DNA of 64,000 bases, taken from contig NW_025767681.1 of the NCBI RefSeq assembly GCF_003918875.1, positions 1 through 64,000 of the forward strand, read 5' to 3'. Positions within the stretch are counted from its first letter, which is position 1. Every line of letters begins with the position of its first letter. This DNA is from Haliotis rubra. Its lineage: Eukaryota. The notes beneath the pieces were generated by a model. That model did not search any database, was not told where the DNA came from, and saw nothing but the letters and a program-made list of their open reading frames with translations. Below, one piece after another: positions 25,201-38,910 of this stretch. The translations under genes were made by a program, and so were the position numbers.

Positions 25201-28200
25201 CAGTGTAAGTATATAGTCTACACTGGTGACAATATTACAGTCAGTGTTGATGTTCAGTGTAAGTATATAGTCTACACTGGTTACAGTATTACAGGCAGTG
25301 TTGATTCTCAGTGTAGGTATATACTCTTCACTGGTGACAATATTACTGTCAGTGTTGATGTTCAGTGTACGTATATAGTCTACATTGGTGACAGTGTTAC
25401 AGTCACTGTTGATTTTCAGTGTAAGTATATAGTCTACACTGGTGACAGTGTTACAGTCACTGTTGATTTTCAGTGTAAGTATATAGTCTACACTGGTGAC
25501 AGTATTACAGGCAGTGTTGATGCTCAGTGTAGGTTTATACTCTGCACTGGTGACAATATTACAGTCAGTGTTGATGTTCAGTGTAAGTATATAGTCTACA
25601 CTGGTGACAGTATTACAGGCAGTGTTGATGTTCAGTGTAAGTTTATAGTCTACACTGGTGACAATATTACAGGCAGTGTTGATGTTCAGTGTAAGTTTAT
25701 AGTCTACACTGGTGACAGTATTACAGTCAGTGTTGATGTTCAGTGTAAGTATATAGTCTACACTGGTGACAATATTACAGTCAGTGTTGATATTCAGTGT
25801 AGGTATATATTATACACTGGTGACAGTGTTACAGTCTGTGTCGATGTTCAGTGTAAGTATATAGTCTACACTGGTTACAGTGTTACAGTCAGCGTTGATG
25901 TTCAGTGTAAGTATATAGTCTAAGTTACAATGAGTGCTGATGTTCAGTGATGGTGTATAATGTGTACACTGACGACATAATTGTGTTATCGTATGACATA
26001 TAACTACAGAACTGCAAGCCTCTTTCAACTAATGTTGATTTCATTGTACAGCCAATACTATGCCAATGAAGCAGTGGTTCACATTTTCAGACCCTGCCGA
26101 CATAAGCATGTTTACCGCCAACTCTCACAGTGGCTCAGTAACAGTTAACGAGTCTGATACAGTGACCTTTAGATGCCAGATTGACAGTAACCCAAGGTCA
26201 GTCATCAGGTTACTGAATGGAACTGGAGAATTGACAAGGGCAGATAACTCCCTGACAGCAGCATACAGACTGGAGTCAGCAGACTGTAGACAAAGAGGGA
26301 ACTACACCTGTACGGCCTCCAACAACGTCGGGGCACCTGTCACCCAGACGGTGGTGTTGCTGGTTAAAAGTAATGTCTTGATATAATGTACGCATCAATG
26401 TCTTGTAATGGTTGTCATTATTCGTTTTTGACATGACTTTTTTAAGGGTATTGAGCAAAGGAAATGCTTCAGGTATCAGTCTTTATTTGAGTTTGAATAT
26501 GGCCTGTTGATCCTGTGAACGTAGAAGTATCGTCACCTGTCTAGCAAATGACTAATACGACCTTATATAACAACATCCGAAGAACGATTTCATTGTCACT
26601 GCTTTTGTATACTGTTGTCTGCATGTAACCAGGTTCTCCACGACTTGATGACTCGGTGTCCCAGCAACTCAAGTTTGCTGCTACTCTGGGTGGTGACGTG
26701 ACTGTGTCTGTGTCAGTCCTGGCCAACCCCTTTCCTACATTCACCTGGAGTAGATCCATCAGCACCAGCCAGGACCTCACTGGTTCCTCCAGCCCTGTCT
26801 CAGACATCTCAGCCACTGCAAGACTACACCTTACTAACCTCCAGCGGCAGGACTTTGGGGACTACAGTCTTTCAGTGGACAATGGTGTTGGCGGTTCAGT
26901 GACATACACTATAAGCGTAGTGGCTGAAGGTTAGTTGCCGATATGTGATCGATCATTCAAGCTTTCAATATTTTGGATAACTGTCTTTAACTGTCGTTTG
27001 TTCACTTTAAGTTCACTATAAGTTTACTTTAGTTCCACAAATACTAAGTAGTGCAAGATTCTAAGATAAAATGATGACAAATAGTTCCGATTAATTTGTT
27101 GCAAGGACCACCAGAGACACCTTCACAGTTTAGAGATCTGGATAATGCAACAACGTCGTCGGTATGGCTGTCGTGGCTGCCTGGGTTCAATGGTGGACGC
27201 CCTCAGACGTTTCTCATTGAGTATCGTCAGTTTGCTACACGAACGTGGACTGTTTATAAGTCTTATGATGACACTGACGAGATGATGGTTGTGGAAGTAA
27301 CTGGGCTTACACCAGGAGAGGTTTACCCATTCCGACTTCAAGCGAGAAATGACTATGGAGACTCTAACAGATATGTCTTCGTAGAAACTACGACTGCAGG
27401 GGGGTAGGTGTCACTTGATGAGAATCACTCAATGGCCACTCTTATTATCGTATGGAACATTCGTCAGCTGCAACAATGAAAACGTATGGATCCCTTAAAG
27501 GAACGATGTGCTCTTTGATCAGATATTCAAATGAAAGAACTCCTTCCTGGTGTGAGCAATGAACCTATGGGTTTCCAAAAAGAAACGCAAACGACCAGAT
27601 AACTGAACAAATATAATTATAATAATTGGGGAATATGTGAAACATTTTTGTGTGTAAATATTAACACAGCGTCATTGATACTGTTTGGAAATGTGAGTAT
27701 GCATAATTAACGAAGATTCGAAAAAATAGTTTGCAAATATCAGTTAAACGTGTTATTTGCTTTCAAAGTAAACATGTATGTCTTGTTGTGGTTGTATGAA
27801 CACCAGGCAGGAGGCCCTCGTGAACTAGGGAACAAATGGTCTTCATGAACCCATGCTTGTTTGTAAACGACGACTAAATGGTTTTGGTGGACAGACTCAC
27901 TGACTTGGTTGATGTAGGCTATCTTGTCACTGCATGGCGTGGTCGAATGTTTACAGCCAGCCGTCATGTCCCTGGTGTAAAGCAGACATCAAACATCTAA
28001 CTTATAACGGAGCTTTATACCTGGTACTCATCTTTAGAAGTTAACCTGTGCCAATTGTATTTTAGCCCATGATCTGCAAGGACAGCAAACTCAAATGATT
28101 AGTTTGTGATCTTGCAAAATATAGTTTTTTACTTGAATGCAACAACGTATGATAAGTAGTCAACTGCAACTGTTATGATAGTTTTCATTACATTGTAGAT

Positions 28201-31200
28201 CCACAAGCCCAGCAAAAGGTCGAAGCTGCATGTACCTATACAGGAGTAATAGCAGGTGCGACAGTAGGAACCTTTCTTCTTACCCTGCTCATTGGAGGAA
28301 CTGTTCTAATGGTGCTGTATCGTAAGGGCTACCGGATCGGAAATACTTTAAAAGGTATATATTTAATGTCGTGTTGTTGAATTGTTATATGACTGAACAG
28401 TATTTACATGCAGTAGGTCTTCTTCAAAACGTATGCTCCATGATTTTGCCTACATACGTCAGTCGTCGCGTGTCAAGATTGTGAATGATTGCGAAGGGAG
28501 TAATCTGTACTGCTAATGTTTGTAATACTATGGTTATGTTATATGTCCCAAGTAATTTACAGTTAACGTTATTATCTTCACTGTCATGTCTTTTTACGTT
28601 TGATTTTTTGTTTCTCGCTGTATGCCGTTTTCTTATTCTTGTTTTTCAGATGCTCAAAAAAGGTAACCTAAACTTCTAAGTTCAGTCAGTAACTTGCAAT
28701 AAGTTAACTACATTTACGTTTTACATACTTGAGGATTTATATTATTAGCCAATTATTAGAAACTGACCTGATGCTGTCTTGTATCTCCAGTCACCCTGAA
28801 CCTGTGGAAATGGACAACAGAGGATATTCATCATTAGGTATGTACTGATTATTGGATATTTGCTTTTGTTTGATATCTCAATATCTATGGATCTAGTAGC
28901 ACTAAATCTCTACACAATGTGTTTCAGATCAGATCACTGCTCCAGCGCAGTATTCAAATTTGGAAGAGGAATCAGAAAAACAACAGTACACACAGTTGAA
29001 GATGTGCGAGAATACAAAAGGTAGATGCATGTCATTTAATAAAGTCTAATCTCAAGTTCTCACGTGGCTGTACTGTCTGTTTATTGGGGCACTTGTGAGG
29101 TTAGTTTTAATTCTAATTTGTTTTGAAATATGTGTTCAATTATTTCTTCAGAGAATGCTGCGGCAGATACAAGTACCTATGAAGGCGTGACAGAGACTCC
29201 CCCTGTGACCTATGAGTCCATCAGGGCATCCCCATACCAGAACACTGGGGCACATCCTCAAGGTAAACAAACCATGAAGCACTCCTAGTGATTGAAACCT
29301 TCGTCATGAAAACACAGTGCCATTTGGAAAATGATCAATTATTACATACATTCATGTTATGTTTGGGATTATACTTGCTCCTCAAGTACAGATTCTAGAT
29401 TTGTTTGCTTGGTATAGAAACAGGATTGGAACCCTCAATCTCAGAGTCAGGTACCTAATCGCCAAGTCAGCAATCTAACCCAATCAGCCACCACAGTGGA
29501 AATCTGACAACTAGTAGTCTAGATCACCGTACTTTGCCGACCCTCAGACAAATATAAATTTGTAGACCTCTGCCTTCGTCTTCGCCATGGATCAACTGTG
29601 TATTTGAACCCTTTAACATGAATACACAGTGCCATTTAGAAAATGATCAATTATTACATACATGTATGTTATATTTGGGATTACACTTTCTCCTCAAGTA
29701 CAGATTCTAGATTTGTTTGCTTGGTATAGACACATCCAGGATTGGCACCCTCATTCTCAGAGTCAGGTACCTAATCGCCAAGTCAACAATCTTACCGATT
29801 CAGTCACAGCGGCTTCCGCTAAAACAGGCACCCATGAAGGGCCACCTCCTCGTGGTGGTTGCTGGGTAACGCTAAGCGCCCTTGAACCCCCGTTGTGGAC
29901 CCGGGGGGATATTAGGTCCACCAACCTGTTTGCCGTGGGTTGCGCCCCTGTGTCGGTGGAGGACGGGATTCTGGTGGTTGAGGGCAAGGGCTCCAGGAAC
30001 AGTGTTCCTTTGCCCAACACACCACTTCGGCCCTTACTTCACCTAGACGGGTGGTTGAACTGGCCCGGTTCAATCAATCGGCTGGTCACGCCGAGCCCTG
30101 TGGTATGCATTTTTGCTATGTCTTGACTCGGTATACTTGTTTTGAATACTATCTGTGTTCATAAAGTTATTTAATATTCTTGCCTAGAGCTCATGCCCAG
30201 AAGGCGGTGGCTCATGGGCCAATCTGGTTTATCCTCTGGATTAACTGGAGTATATCATTTCTGTAACCCTTTGGTGTCAGTTTGCTGGAACACCGCATAC
30301 GTATGACATCGCTCTTGTTGGCGCTCCATGGTGGGCAGGGACCAGATTTGATGAACCAATATACAATTCACTATGGGTAAACAAAATAAAAAAAAAAAAA
30401 AGGGCAACTTTCCGAATCTGATTCTGAGCTTGACTCTGATGAAGATGATGTGGTTACTAAACTGCTATATTCTGAAAGGGATACTTGGCCACGCTTTCTT
30501 GTTCTGGAAGCAAAGGGTGACCGAACACTTGCTTCCTATTCACCATTTGTGTTAGAAAAGGGATTACAAGGTAAAGCAGGTGAGTTGAAAAACGTTACCA
30601 AATTACGGTCTGGAGATCTTTTAGTTGAATGTGTCAGGAAATCGCAGGCAATTAACCTCATGACGTCAACCAAATTAGCTGATATTCCAATTACATGTTC
30701 AGCACACAAGACCCTTAACTTTTCCAAAGGTCTCATCCGTGACAGAGACCGAAGTCTCGCAGATGAATTTGTTGAAGACATTGTATCTCAGCTTAGAAGT
30801 CAAGGTGTCCTTGAGGCCAAACGATTTACATATCGTAAAGATGATCGTGTATTCCCGTCCAACACATATCTTTTGACTTTTGACACCCCGGTTCTGCCAA
30901 CTTCTATTAAGGTTGGATGTTTTTCCATGAGGGTGGATCTCTTTATCCCACGCCCTACTCGTTGTTTTAATTGTCAAAAGTTTGGTCATGGGCAAAATTC
31001 GTGTAGGAATAAATTAGCTTGTTTCAGATGTGGAGAACCTGATCATGATGGCAAAATATGTACAAACACCATCAAGTGCTTACATTGCAAAGGTGAACAT
31101 ATGGCATCTTCAACAGACTGTCCTGTGTGGAAATATGAAGCCACTGTACAGAAATTAAAAACTGAGAAACGACTCAGTTATGTCGATGCGAGGAAAGAAG

Positions 31201-34200
31201 CCAGACTACTTGCACCTGATCCAACACGTCCATCATATGCTTCAGCAGCCAAAAAGGTAACAACTGCATCTATTCTCTGTCAGACGGACCTTACTTGGGT
31301 GAAATCTGAACATCCAAAATCCCTCTCAGAGATTGAACTAAATACAGTAAGTTCCAAACCGGCCACAGATCCAGATAAGTCACCAATAAAGCAAAGAGGA
31401 ACATCTTCAACACAAACAGAGTCAAATCAAAACAAATCGTCAAAATCTACTAAAGTGGACATAAAGAAAAAACAGATTCAATCTGACAGATTGCCAAAGG
31501 CATTAAAAGACACGGTGCAATTCCATAATAAATATGGTTGGCGAATATGGATACTGAAGTATCACATATTATGTGACGCTGGTGGCCATACGCGTGGTCA
31601 CTCACCGAAAAAGAAAGGTAGAGCAGTATCTCCTGTTATTGCTCATAGATAATTACACCGCCATGAGCCATTCCCCTAATCTAGTACAATGGAAATGCAG
31701 AGGACTTGAAAATAACTTTAATGAACTACGGTTGTTAGTTCAAGACTTTTAAACCGTCGGCAATATGTCTCCAGAGACGTATCTTAAACATACTGATACA
31801 TTTGATTTACGGCAGTATAGCTGTTATCATTCATTTTCTCCTCCAGGAGATAGAGCGACCGGAGGTTCGACTATATTGGTTAGACATAACATCATTCATA
31901 GTGATGTTCACCTGAATACCAATCTCAAGCCATAGCTATTCGCCTCAGCCTGCACATTGCGTTTACTCTATGCTCTTTGTACATTCCACCCTCATCTGCC
32001 CTTCGACAAACTGATCTTCAGAATCTCTATGATCAGCTACCAAAGCCCTGTATCATCATGGGCGATTTGAACGGGCACAACCCTCTATGGGGTAGTACAA
32101 GTACAAACAATAAAGGCAAGATTATTGAGGATTTTTATATCTGATAACAACTTGTGTGTGTTTTAATGACGACTCAAACACCTATTTACATCCTGGTACA
32201 GGAACTTATTCTACACTTGATCTGTGTCCCTTGCTGATTCAAATGTCTACAACGAATTTGAATGGTATGTTCATGATGACCTTTGCGGAAGTGACCACTT
32301 CCCAACTGTCCTAAAATCAATCAAACCAGATGATGACCCACCTTTATCACGATGGAATGTTAATAAGGCCAATTGGTCTTTGTATGGAACATTGTGTATG
32401 GAAAAATTAATGACGGAAAATTTTATAAATGTATCAGATCCGATAGAGTTGTTTTCAGCTCAGTTAAATGAAATTGCTGACCAGTTAATTCCTAAGTCCT
32501 CTTCAATTCCTCACATTCGTAAACCATGGTTCAACAATGAATGTAAACAAGCAAGAAAGTGTAGGAAGAAAGCAGAAAAATACTTCCGCAGACATCCTAC
32601 AGTTCATAACTTAAATAATGTTAAAATTACTAATGCCAAGGCACGGCGAGCTTATAAACAAAACGAACGCCAGTCTTGGAGGAAATATGTTTCCAACATT
32701 AATTCGCGCACACCCATGTCTAAGGTGTGGAATATGGTCCAGCGAATAAAAGGCAAAGGCTCCAAGTCTTCTGTTAAACATCTTAAAGAAGGTGATAAAT
32801 TGATAACTGGTAAGTGTGATATTGCCAATAAAATTGGTGAAACTCTTTCCAGAAATTCTTCATCATCAAATTATATCCCTGAATTTCAGAAATATAAAAA
32901 TCGACAAGAAAAAAGAAGAATTAATTTTGACTCTAATAACGGTGAAAATTATAATGAAATATTTTCATTGCATGAGCTACGTACTGCTCTCGAGCAAGCT
33001 CATGATACTGCAACTGGTGAAGACAACATTCATTACCAGTTACTGAAACATTAGCCTGATTCATGTCTTTTGACACTTTTGGGAATATTTGACCATATTT
33101 GGATTTCAGGAACTTTTCCTCCTTCGTGGCACAATGCCATTGTAATCCCCATACCAAAACCTGGCAGGGATCATACAGATCCCTCAAATTACCGCCCTAT
33201 ATCGTTAACCAGTTGCGTTTGTAAAACCATGGAACGAATGGTAAACAATAGATTAGTCTGGTATTTGGAAACGAATAATCTTATCACAAATATTCAGTGT
33301 GGTTTCCGAAAAAACCGAAGTACTATTGATCATTTAGTGCGACTAGAATCCTATGTTAAGAATGCTCTTGTAAATAAACAACACGTAGTATCGATTTTCT
33401 TCGATCTGGAGAAAGCATATGATACTACTTGGAAGCACGGAATTTTGAAGGATTTACATCATTTCGGTTTGAGAGGTCGTTTACCTCTTTTTATATCACA
33501 GTTTTTAAGAGACAGGCAGTTTCAAGTCCGAGTGGGTTCAACCCTGTCTGATCATTATAATCAGGATCAGGGTGTCCCACAAGGCAGTATTTTGTCTGTC
33601 ACTTTATTTAGTGTTAAAATAAATAGTCTTTCTAAAGTTTTAAATGATGCAGTTGATGGATCACTTTTCGTGGATGATTTTAATGTTTCTTGTTGTGGTA
33701 AAAATATGCATACAATAGAGAGGCAGTTACAATTATGTCTTAATAAAATTCATAAATGGTGTCTTGAAAACGGCTTTAAATTTTCTAAATTAAAAACTAA
33801 TTGTCTACACTTCTGTAGAAAATATAAGCCTCATAAAGACCCAGAACTGTTTTTAAATGGCACTCCCATCAAGGTTGTAAAGAGGCCAAATTCTTGGGTC
33901 TGATTTGGGACTCCCATTTAACCTTTCTTCCGCATATTAAATCCCTAAAACTAAATGCCAGAAGGCACTCGATTATTGAAAGTCGTGTCTAATTCAAGGT
34001 AGGGAGGGATCAAGCTACGCTCCTCCACCTTACAGATCACTTGTCCGCTCGAAGCTTGATTATGGCTCAATCGTATATGGTGGAGCCTGTAAAAAGCAAT
34101 TTAAACTCTTAGATTCAGTCCACCACCACGGCCTAAGACTTTGTCTTGGGTCCTTTAGAACCTCTCCCATTGATAGTCTATATGTTGAAGCAGATGAGCC

Positions 34201-36133
34201 TTCTCTTACACAACGCCGTATAAAATTATCTCTACAATACATTACTAAACTATATTCTAGCGAGTCTAACCCTGCATTTAACTGTGTCTTTAATACCCTC
34301 TATGAGGATGTATACAACAAAAAACCTTCTCTTGTTCCGCCTCTTGGGCACAGAATTAAGCCCTTTCTTTCTGCTGCCGGCATTGAGCTTGAAAATATAG
34401 CTCCTTCCCGTCTTCTTTCTTCTCCTCCTTGGCAACTGGTGAGGCCTGAAGTTGACCTAACTCTGACAAAGTTTAAGAAATCTGTAACTAATGAATTACA
34501 ATATAAACAAGAATATAATCAATTAAAAACTAAATATAATACATACAAATCCTTATTTACTGATGGGTCTAAGGATAGTGGCGCAGTGGCATGTGCCACT
34601 GTCATTGGATCAAGAACAATATCTTCCAGAATACCGGATAACAGCTCTATTTTTACAGCAGAAGCAAACGCCATCTTAACAGCTCTTAAATATATTAACA
34701 AACACCGTAAATATAAACAATATATCATCTTTTCAGATTCTCTTTCGTGTCTTCAGGCTATTAAAAATCTTTCTTGCAAACATTCACTTTTATTAGAAAT
34801 TATTGAATTGTACAATGAACTTGCTACTGGCCAATGCGACATCGTCTTTTGTTGTTTACCCAGCCACGTTGGCATTTCTGGGAACACAATGGCTGATATT
34901 GCTGCTAAGGCAGCACTCAACAAATCTGTGACACCACTTCTGATCCCATACTCTGATTACAAAGCTGCTATAAGATCTTATATCCGTGATCTGATGCAAA
35001 AGAGGTGGGACGCCCAAGTAGGTATCAATAAATTACATGCAATAAAACCCTACATTGGTAATACCTACTTGGGTTGTCAGTCCAGATTTGAGGAGGTCAT
35101 TATGCGACGATGTCGCATTGGCCATACCAGATATACTCATGAATATTTATTGAAAGGCGACGATCCTCCGTTTTGTATCCCTTGTGATGAAAGGATCACA
35201 GTCAAGCATGTCTTGCTTGACTGCATTGAATATTCCATCACAAGGGATATCTATTTCACATCCAAAACACTGAAGGATCTTTTTAATAATGTCAGTTCTC
35301 ATTTAATTCTTGCATTTTTAAAAAAATTAGATTTGTTGACTGATTTGTAAATAGGTATATATTTTATTATTGGTAGTTTAGATTAGCAACTTAGATTGTT
35401 AGTGGCTGTACCCTCAAAGGGGGTTGACGTAGCGTAAAATTATTGTCCTCCCGAGGGGGTACGTAAGTCCCAAAACTTTCAAAGTCAATTTAAGTGTACC
35501 TGCTTTTTAATCGTAGAATAAGTGTGTTTTTAATTTATGGCTAGATATCTCTTCTGTTAATGGCTGAAGGGATGGTGTAAATCCAACTAGGGTCCATGCA
35601 GGTAGCAAATGCACTGTAAGTCCCCATGGTCTCTAGTATGGTGATCTACCTTCAGTTGTTGGCGATTTATAGCCCATTTTTACATTGTATAGTCTTCTTT
35701 AATTGGAATGTTTTAGCTTTGTTCGCTAGTTTTATATTGATAGCTGTGATTATCTAGTATTTTTACTGTCCTTCGTCGGCAGGTTTTTTATAATATACAT
35801 ATATTTCATTCTAATATCGCATGTTCTCGTCACAATATGGCTGAAATATTGCCGATGTGACGTTAAATATTAACTCACTCACTCACTCCGCTAAAACAGT
35901 CTAGATCACAGTACTTTGTGGACCCTCTGACAAATGTAAATCTGCAGGCCTCTGTCTTTGTCATCGTCGTGGATCAACTGTGTCCTTGAAACTTTAACAG
36001 CAGTAACTCAGTGTATATGCCTCTCTCCTGGTTACGTATGATACGTTTGTATTATGTCATATGTTCAGTTGTTATCATATGTTTCTTTACTTTTGTTCTT
36101 TACTTTTCAGCTCCTCAGCATGGACATGACTAA
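19222..36133 (+). CDS. Gene B: SP-V-V-Ig-Ig-Ig-Ig(Cys-less)-FN3-TM receptor with ITAM- and ITIM-like tail
   Basis: Exons: 19222-19261 (MKTVCAAVLYLMA), 19438-19776 (V1), 20519-20848 (V2), 21873-22157, 23056-23313, 26091-26369, 26633-26929, 27106-~27403 (FN3; one extra G in a G6 run at the donor relative to gene A), 28199-28354 (TM), 28650-28662, 28791-28837, 28928-29020, 29152-29262, 36111-36133 (TAA). Phases are otherwise consistent. Probable non-coding exon donor at 17917. Confidence 0.85.
23281..25950 (+). repeat. 54-bp minisatellite (~49 copies) made of exon end + donor, unit in frame (CKYIVYTGDSVTVSVDVQ)
   Basis: Unit gtgacagtgttacagtcagtgttgatgttcagt|gtaagtatatagtctacactg; first GT at 23314. 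Confidence 0.95.
29305..29810. repeat. ~313-bp intronic tandem duplication; the second copy is interrupted by the LINE and resumes at 35900-35995
   Basis: catgaaaacacagtgccatttggaaaatgatcaattattacatacat at 29305 and 29618. tctagatcac.gtactttg at 29518 and 35900. Confidence 0.85.
29827..29883 (+). ncRNA. HDV-like self-cleaving ribozyme (minimal P4) at the LINE 5' end
   Basis: P1 GGCACCC/GGTTGCT (G1-U wobble, one mismatch); P2 AAGGGC/GCCCTT; P3 ACC/GGT; L3 TCCTCGT; P1.1 CC/GG; J4/2 GCTAA. G1 abuts the TSD. Confidence 0.8.
30373..31652 (+). pseudogene. LINE ORF1 (gag-like nucleic-acid-binding protein); frameshift in the 5' poly-A run
   Basis: Zinc knuckles CFNCQKFGHGQNSC, CFRCGEPDHDGKIC and CLHCKGEH...C. 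Confidence 0.9.
31663..35350 (+). pseudogene. LINE ORF2 (AP endonuclease - reverse transcriptase - RNase H - CCHC), several frameshifts/stops
   Basis: LVQWKCRG, GDLNGH, SDHFP (APE); YRPISL, DLEKAYD, GVPQGS, FVDD (RT); FTDGSK, AEA, SDSLS, GNTMAD (RNase H); CIPC...H...C. Confidence 0.93.
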
Positions 36134-37945
36134 CGAGGCGAATGGGTATACATCACGACATCAGTTTAGGTTGCGGATAAAGAAACACGTTCATGACACT
36201 GCATTACTTTGCTTTGAGACAGAACGCCGTTGTTATCTTTCAGTTCATTCCCATTACTTTTTGCTTGCTGGATAATGATTCATATACATCCACTATTAAA
36301 AAAAACATCTACCTTGACCAGCAAGTGAAATGTTGGTTACGCTTATGTCATCTTTGTAAAATATTTAATATTGAATGCACAAATCCATGTTGGTGATTAT
36401 GTCAAAACGAAACGGAACTAGAAACCTGACCTGCAAGTTATAAAATAACTCATGATTTAGGGGAGAATGAGTAGAGCAGGAATAACAAGAACTCAGGTTC
36501 TACAGCAGGTACAGTGATAGGCGTGGGCCAGAGGAATGGCGCTCTGGGTGTGTTTGTGAGACATCATTGAGCTATGGTCGTTGATACTTACCAAGAGCAG
36601 GAGACCATGGTGCCATGGTGTAGGCAGTCCAGTCATCAGACATCAACTCCAGTCAAAGCATGCGGACCGCCCTGCACTGTCGCCCTCTCACGAATCTTTT
36701 GATACTAACCACAAAAAAGGCCGACGTAGGTATTTAGCATTCATCATCGTATACGACCTTGAACATCGTAAATGAGAGTAGCGCCCCTTGGTCCAAGTGG
36801 ATCGTGGTCAAGCACGCTAATTAACCTATGCAATCAAGTGTTGTGAGTCGTTTTGTGCTCCGAAATTGAAGAGGCTGTGCAGCTGATTTATTGCAGATAA
36901 ACCATCTGTTAAATCGTACGACATCGCACAGCTACACATGACTCGATGAGCCCATTGTTGGCTCCCCCACCTACATGTACACTGTAGAGTGTGAATAGAT
37001 TAGATTAGATTTTGTGTTGAATGCCTATAGCTTGATAATATATGTGTATATTAATACTACTGTAAAAATAGTATAATACTAGTGTTCTTATAGTTGCTTC
37101 CATTTGAAAGAAAGATTCGTACTTCATTGCCAAGTTTCACCTTGAGATCTCATTCTTTGGTTGAATGATCAATTTCTAATGATATATCTATGCACCCCCC
37201 AAGTGCCAGCAGCGTCCTTTATACAGCTGAATATCAATAATATGCAATCTCTAAGTGAGTAATACAGACAATACTACACTCGTCCTTGTTAGATATCAGT
37301 TTTATTTCAGCGCGTGTATATAATTGAAATATTCTCGTCAATAAAATAATATCAACCGGAAACTCGTTTAGTAGTAATCGTTATTACACACGATCCACCA
37401 CGACGATAATAAGACTGTACATTTCAAGTGTATAGGCCATATGGTGGAGAATGTCTTGAGTGAGACCAGTAAATGATGTACCCGTTGTGTCCATTTTTGA
37501 CGTTTGGCACAATTAAATAAACAATATGCTTGAAGCATTAATTTGACAATTTACTCAAAACAAATAAGTAGTACTTTGCATATTTATTTTTCCCTTCACC
37601 TCGGGTTTTATGTGATCATTTTCAAAACTCGTTTTCGTTAACAAACCATACACGTTTGTGTTTTCAGGTTTTGCCGTGAGCTGTTTTACCCTTCTGTATC
37701 ATATAGATAAGTATCCAGATCGTCTCTAAGGTTATTATGATTCACTTGCAAACTGAAGTGTGTTGTTTTGTGTTCGTTTCTAATGATAAACCTTGAGTGC
37801 AAACGCCTTCCTGCTTACTCACAATGGAGGAGATGAGACACATTTATATAGTATCATGTCTAGTTTTCATCGTTGTACCAGAATATGCGTGAGTAAAAGT
37901 TATTCAGCTCGCATCGTGTCATTCGGGTTAACAGTTACAAACTCG

Positions 37946-38910
37946 AGTTTACATTTCACGATTGTATTTACGCTATGGTGTAACACTGATCTAATACATG
38001 GACATCTGCATTATACGCCCTATCAACAATGGCAGATAGTTTACATTTCACGGTTGTATTTACACTATGTTGTAACACTGATCTAATATATGTACATCTG
38101 CATTATACGCCCTATCAACAATGACAGATAGTTTACATTTCACGATTGTATTTACGCTATGGTGTAACACTGATCTAATACATGGACATCTGCATTATAC
38201 GCCCTATCAACAATGACAGATAGTTTACATTTCACGGTTGTATTTACGCTATGGTGTAACACTGATCTAATACATGTACATCTGCATTATACGCCCTATC
38301 AACAATGACAGATAGTTTACATTTCACGGTTGTATTTACGCTATGGTGTAACACTGATCTAATACATGGACAGCTGCATTATACGCCCTATCAACAATGA
38401 CAGATAGTTTACATTTCACGGTTGTATTTACGCTATGGTGTAACACTGATCTAATACATGGACATCTGCATTATACGCCCTATCAACAATGACAGATAGT
38501 TTACATTTCACGGTTGTATTTACGCTATGGTGTAACACTGATCTAATACATGGACATCTGCATTATACGCCCTATCAACAATGACAGATAGTTTACATTT
38601 CACGGTTGTATTTACGCTATGGTGTAACACTGATCTAATACATGGACATCTGCATTATACGCCCTATCAACAATGACATATAGTTTACATTTCACGGTTG
38701 TATTTACGCTCTGGTGTAACACTGATCTAATACATGTACATCTGCATTATACGCCCTATCAACAATGACAGATAGTTTACATTTCACGATTGTATTTACG
38801 CTATGGTGTAACACTTACATTTCACGATTGTATTTACGCTATGGTGTAACACTGATCTAATACATGGACATCTGCATTATACGCCCTATAAACAATGACA
38901 TATAGTTTAC
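37946..38910. repeat. 92-bp intergenic minisatellite (~10.5 copies)
   Basis: Unit agtttacatttcacggttgtatttacgctatggtgtaacactgatctaatacatggacatctgcattatacgccctatcaacaatgacagat. Confidence 0.95.

Larger units (their letters stand above)
29827..35886 (+). mobile_element. Full-length (~6.06 kb) non-LTR retrotransposon, I group (I/Nimb-like), with RNase H
   Basis: TSD tccgctaaaaca(g) at 29815 and 35887; ORF1 with CCHC knuckles; ORF2 APE-RT-RNase H; 3' (TCAC)n tail. Confidence 0.95.

Noticed and set aside
29662-30126. 154-aa ORF
   Set aside because: It crosses the intron/LINE 5' UTR junction and has no recognisable domain.
37946-38910. 92-bp satellite as another splice-site ladder
   Set aside because: No adjacent exon or convincing splice motif was found; treated as an ordinary intergenic minisatellite.
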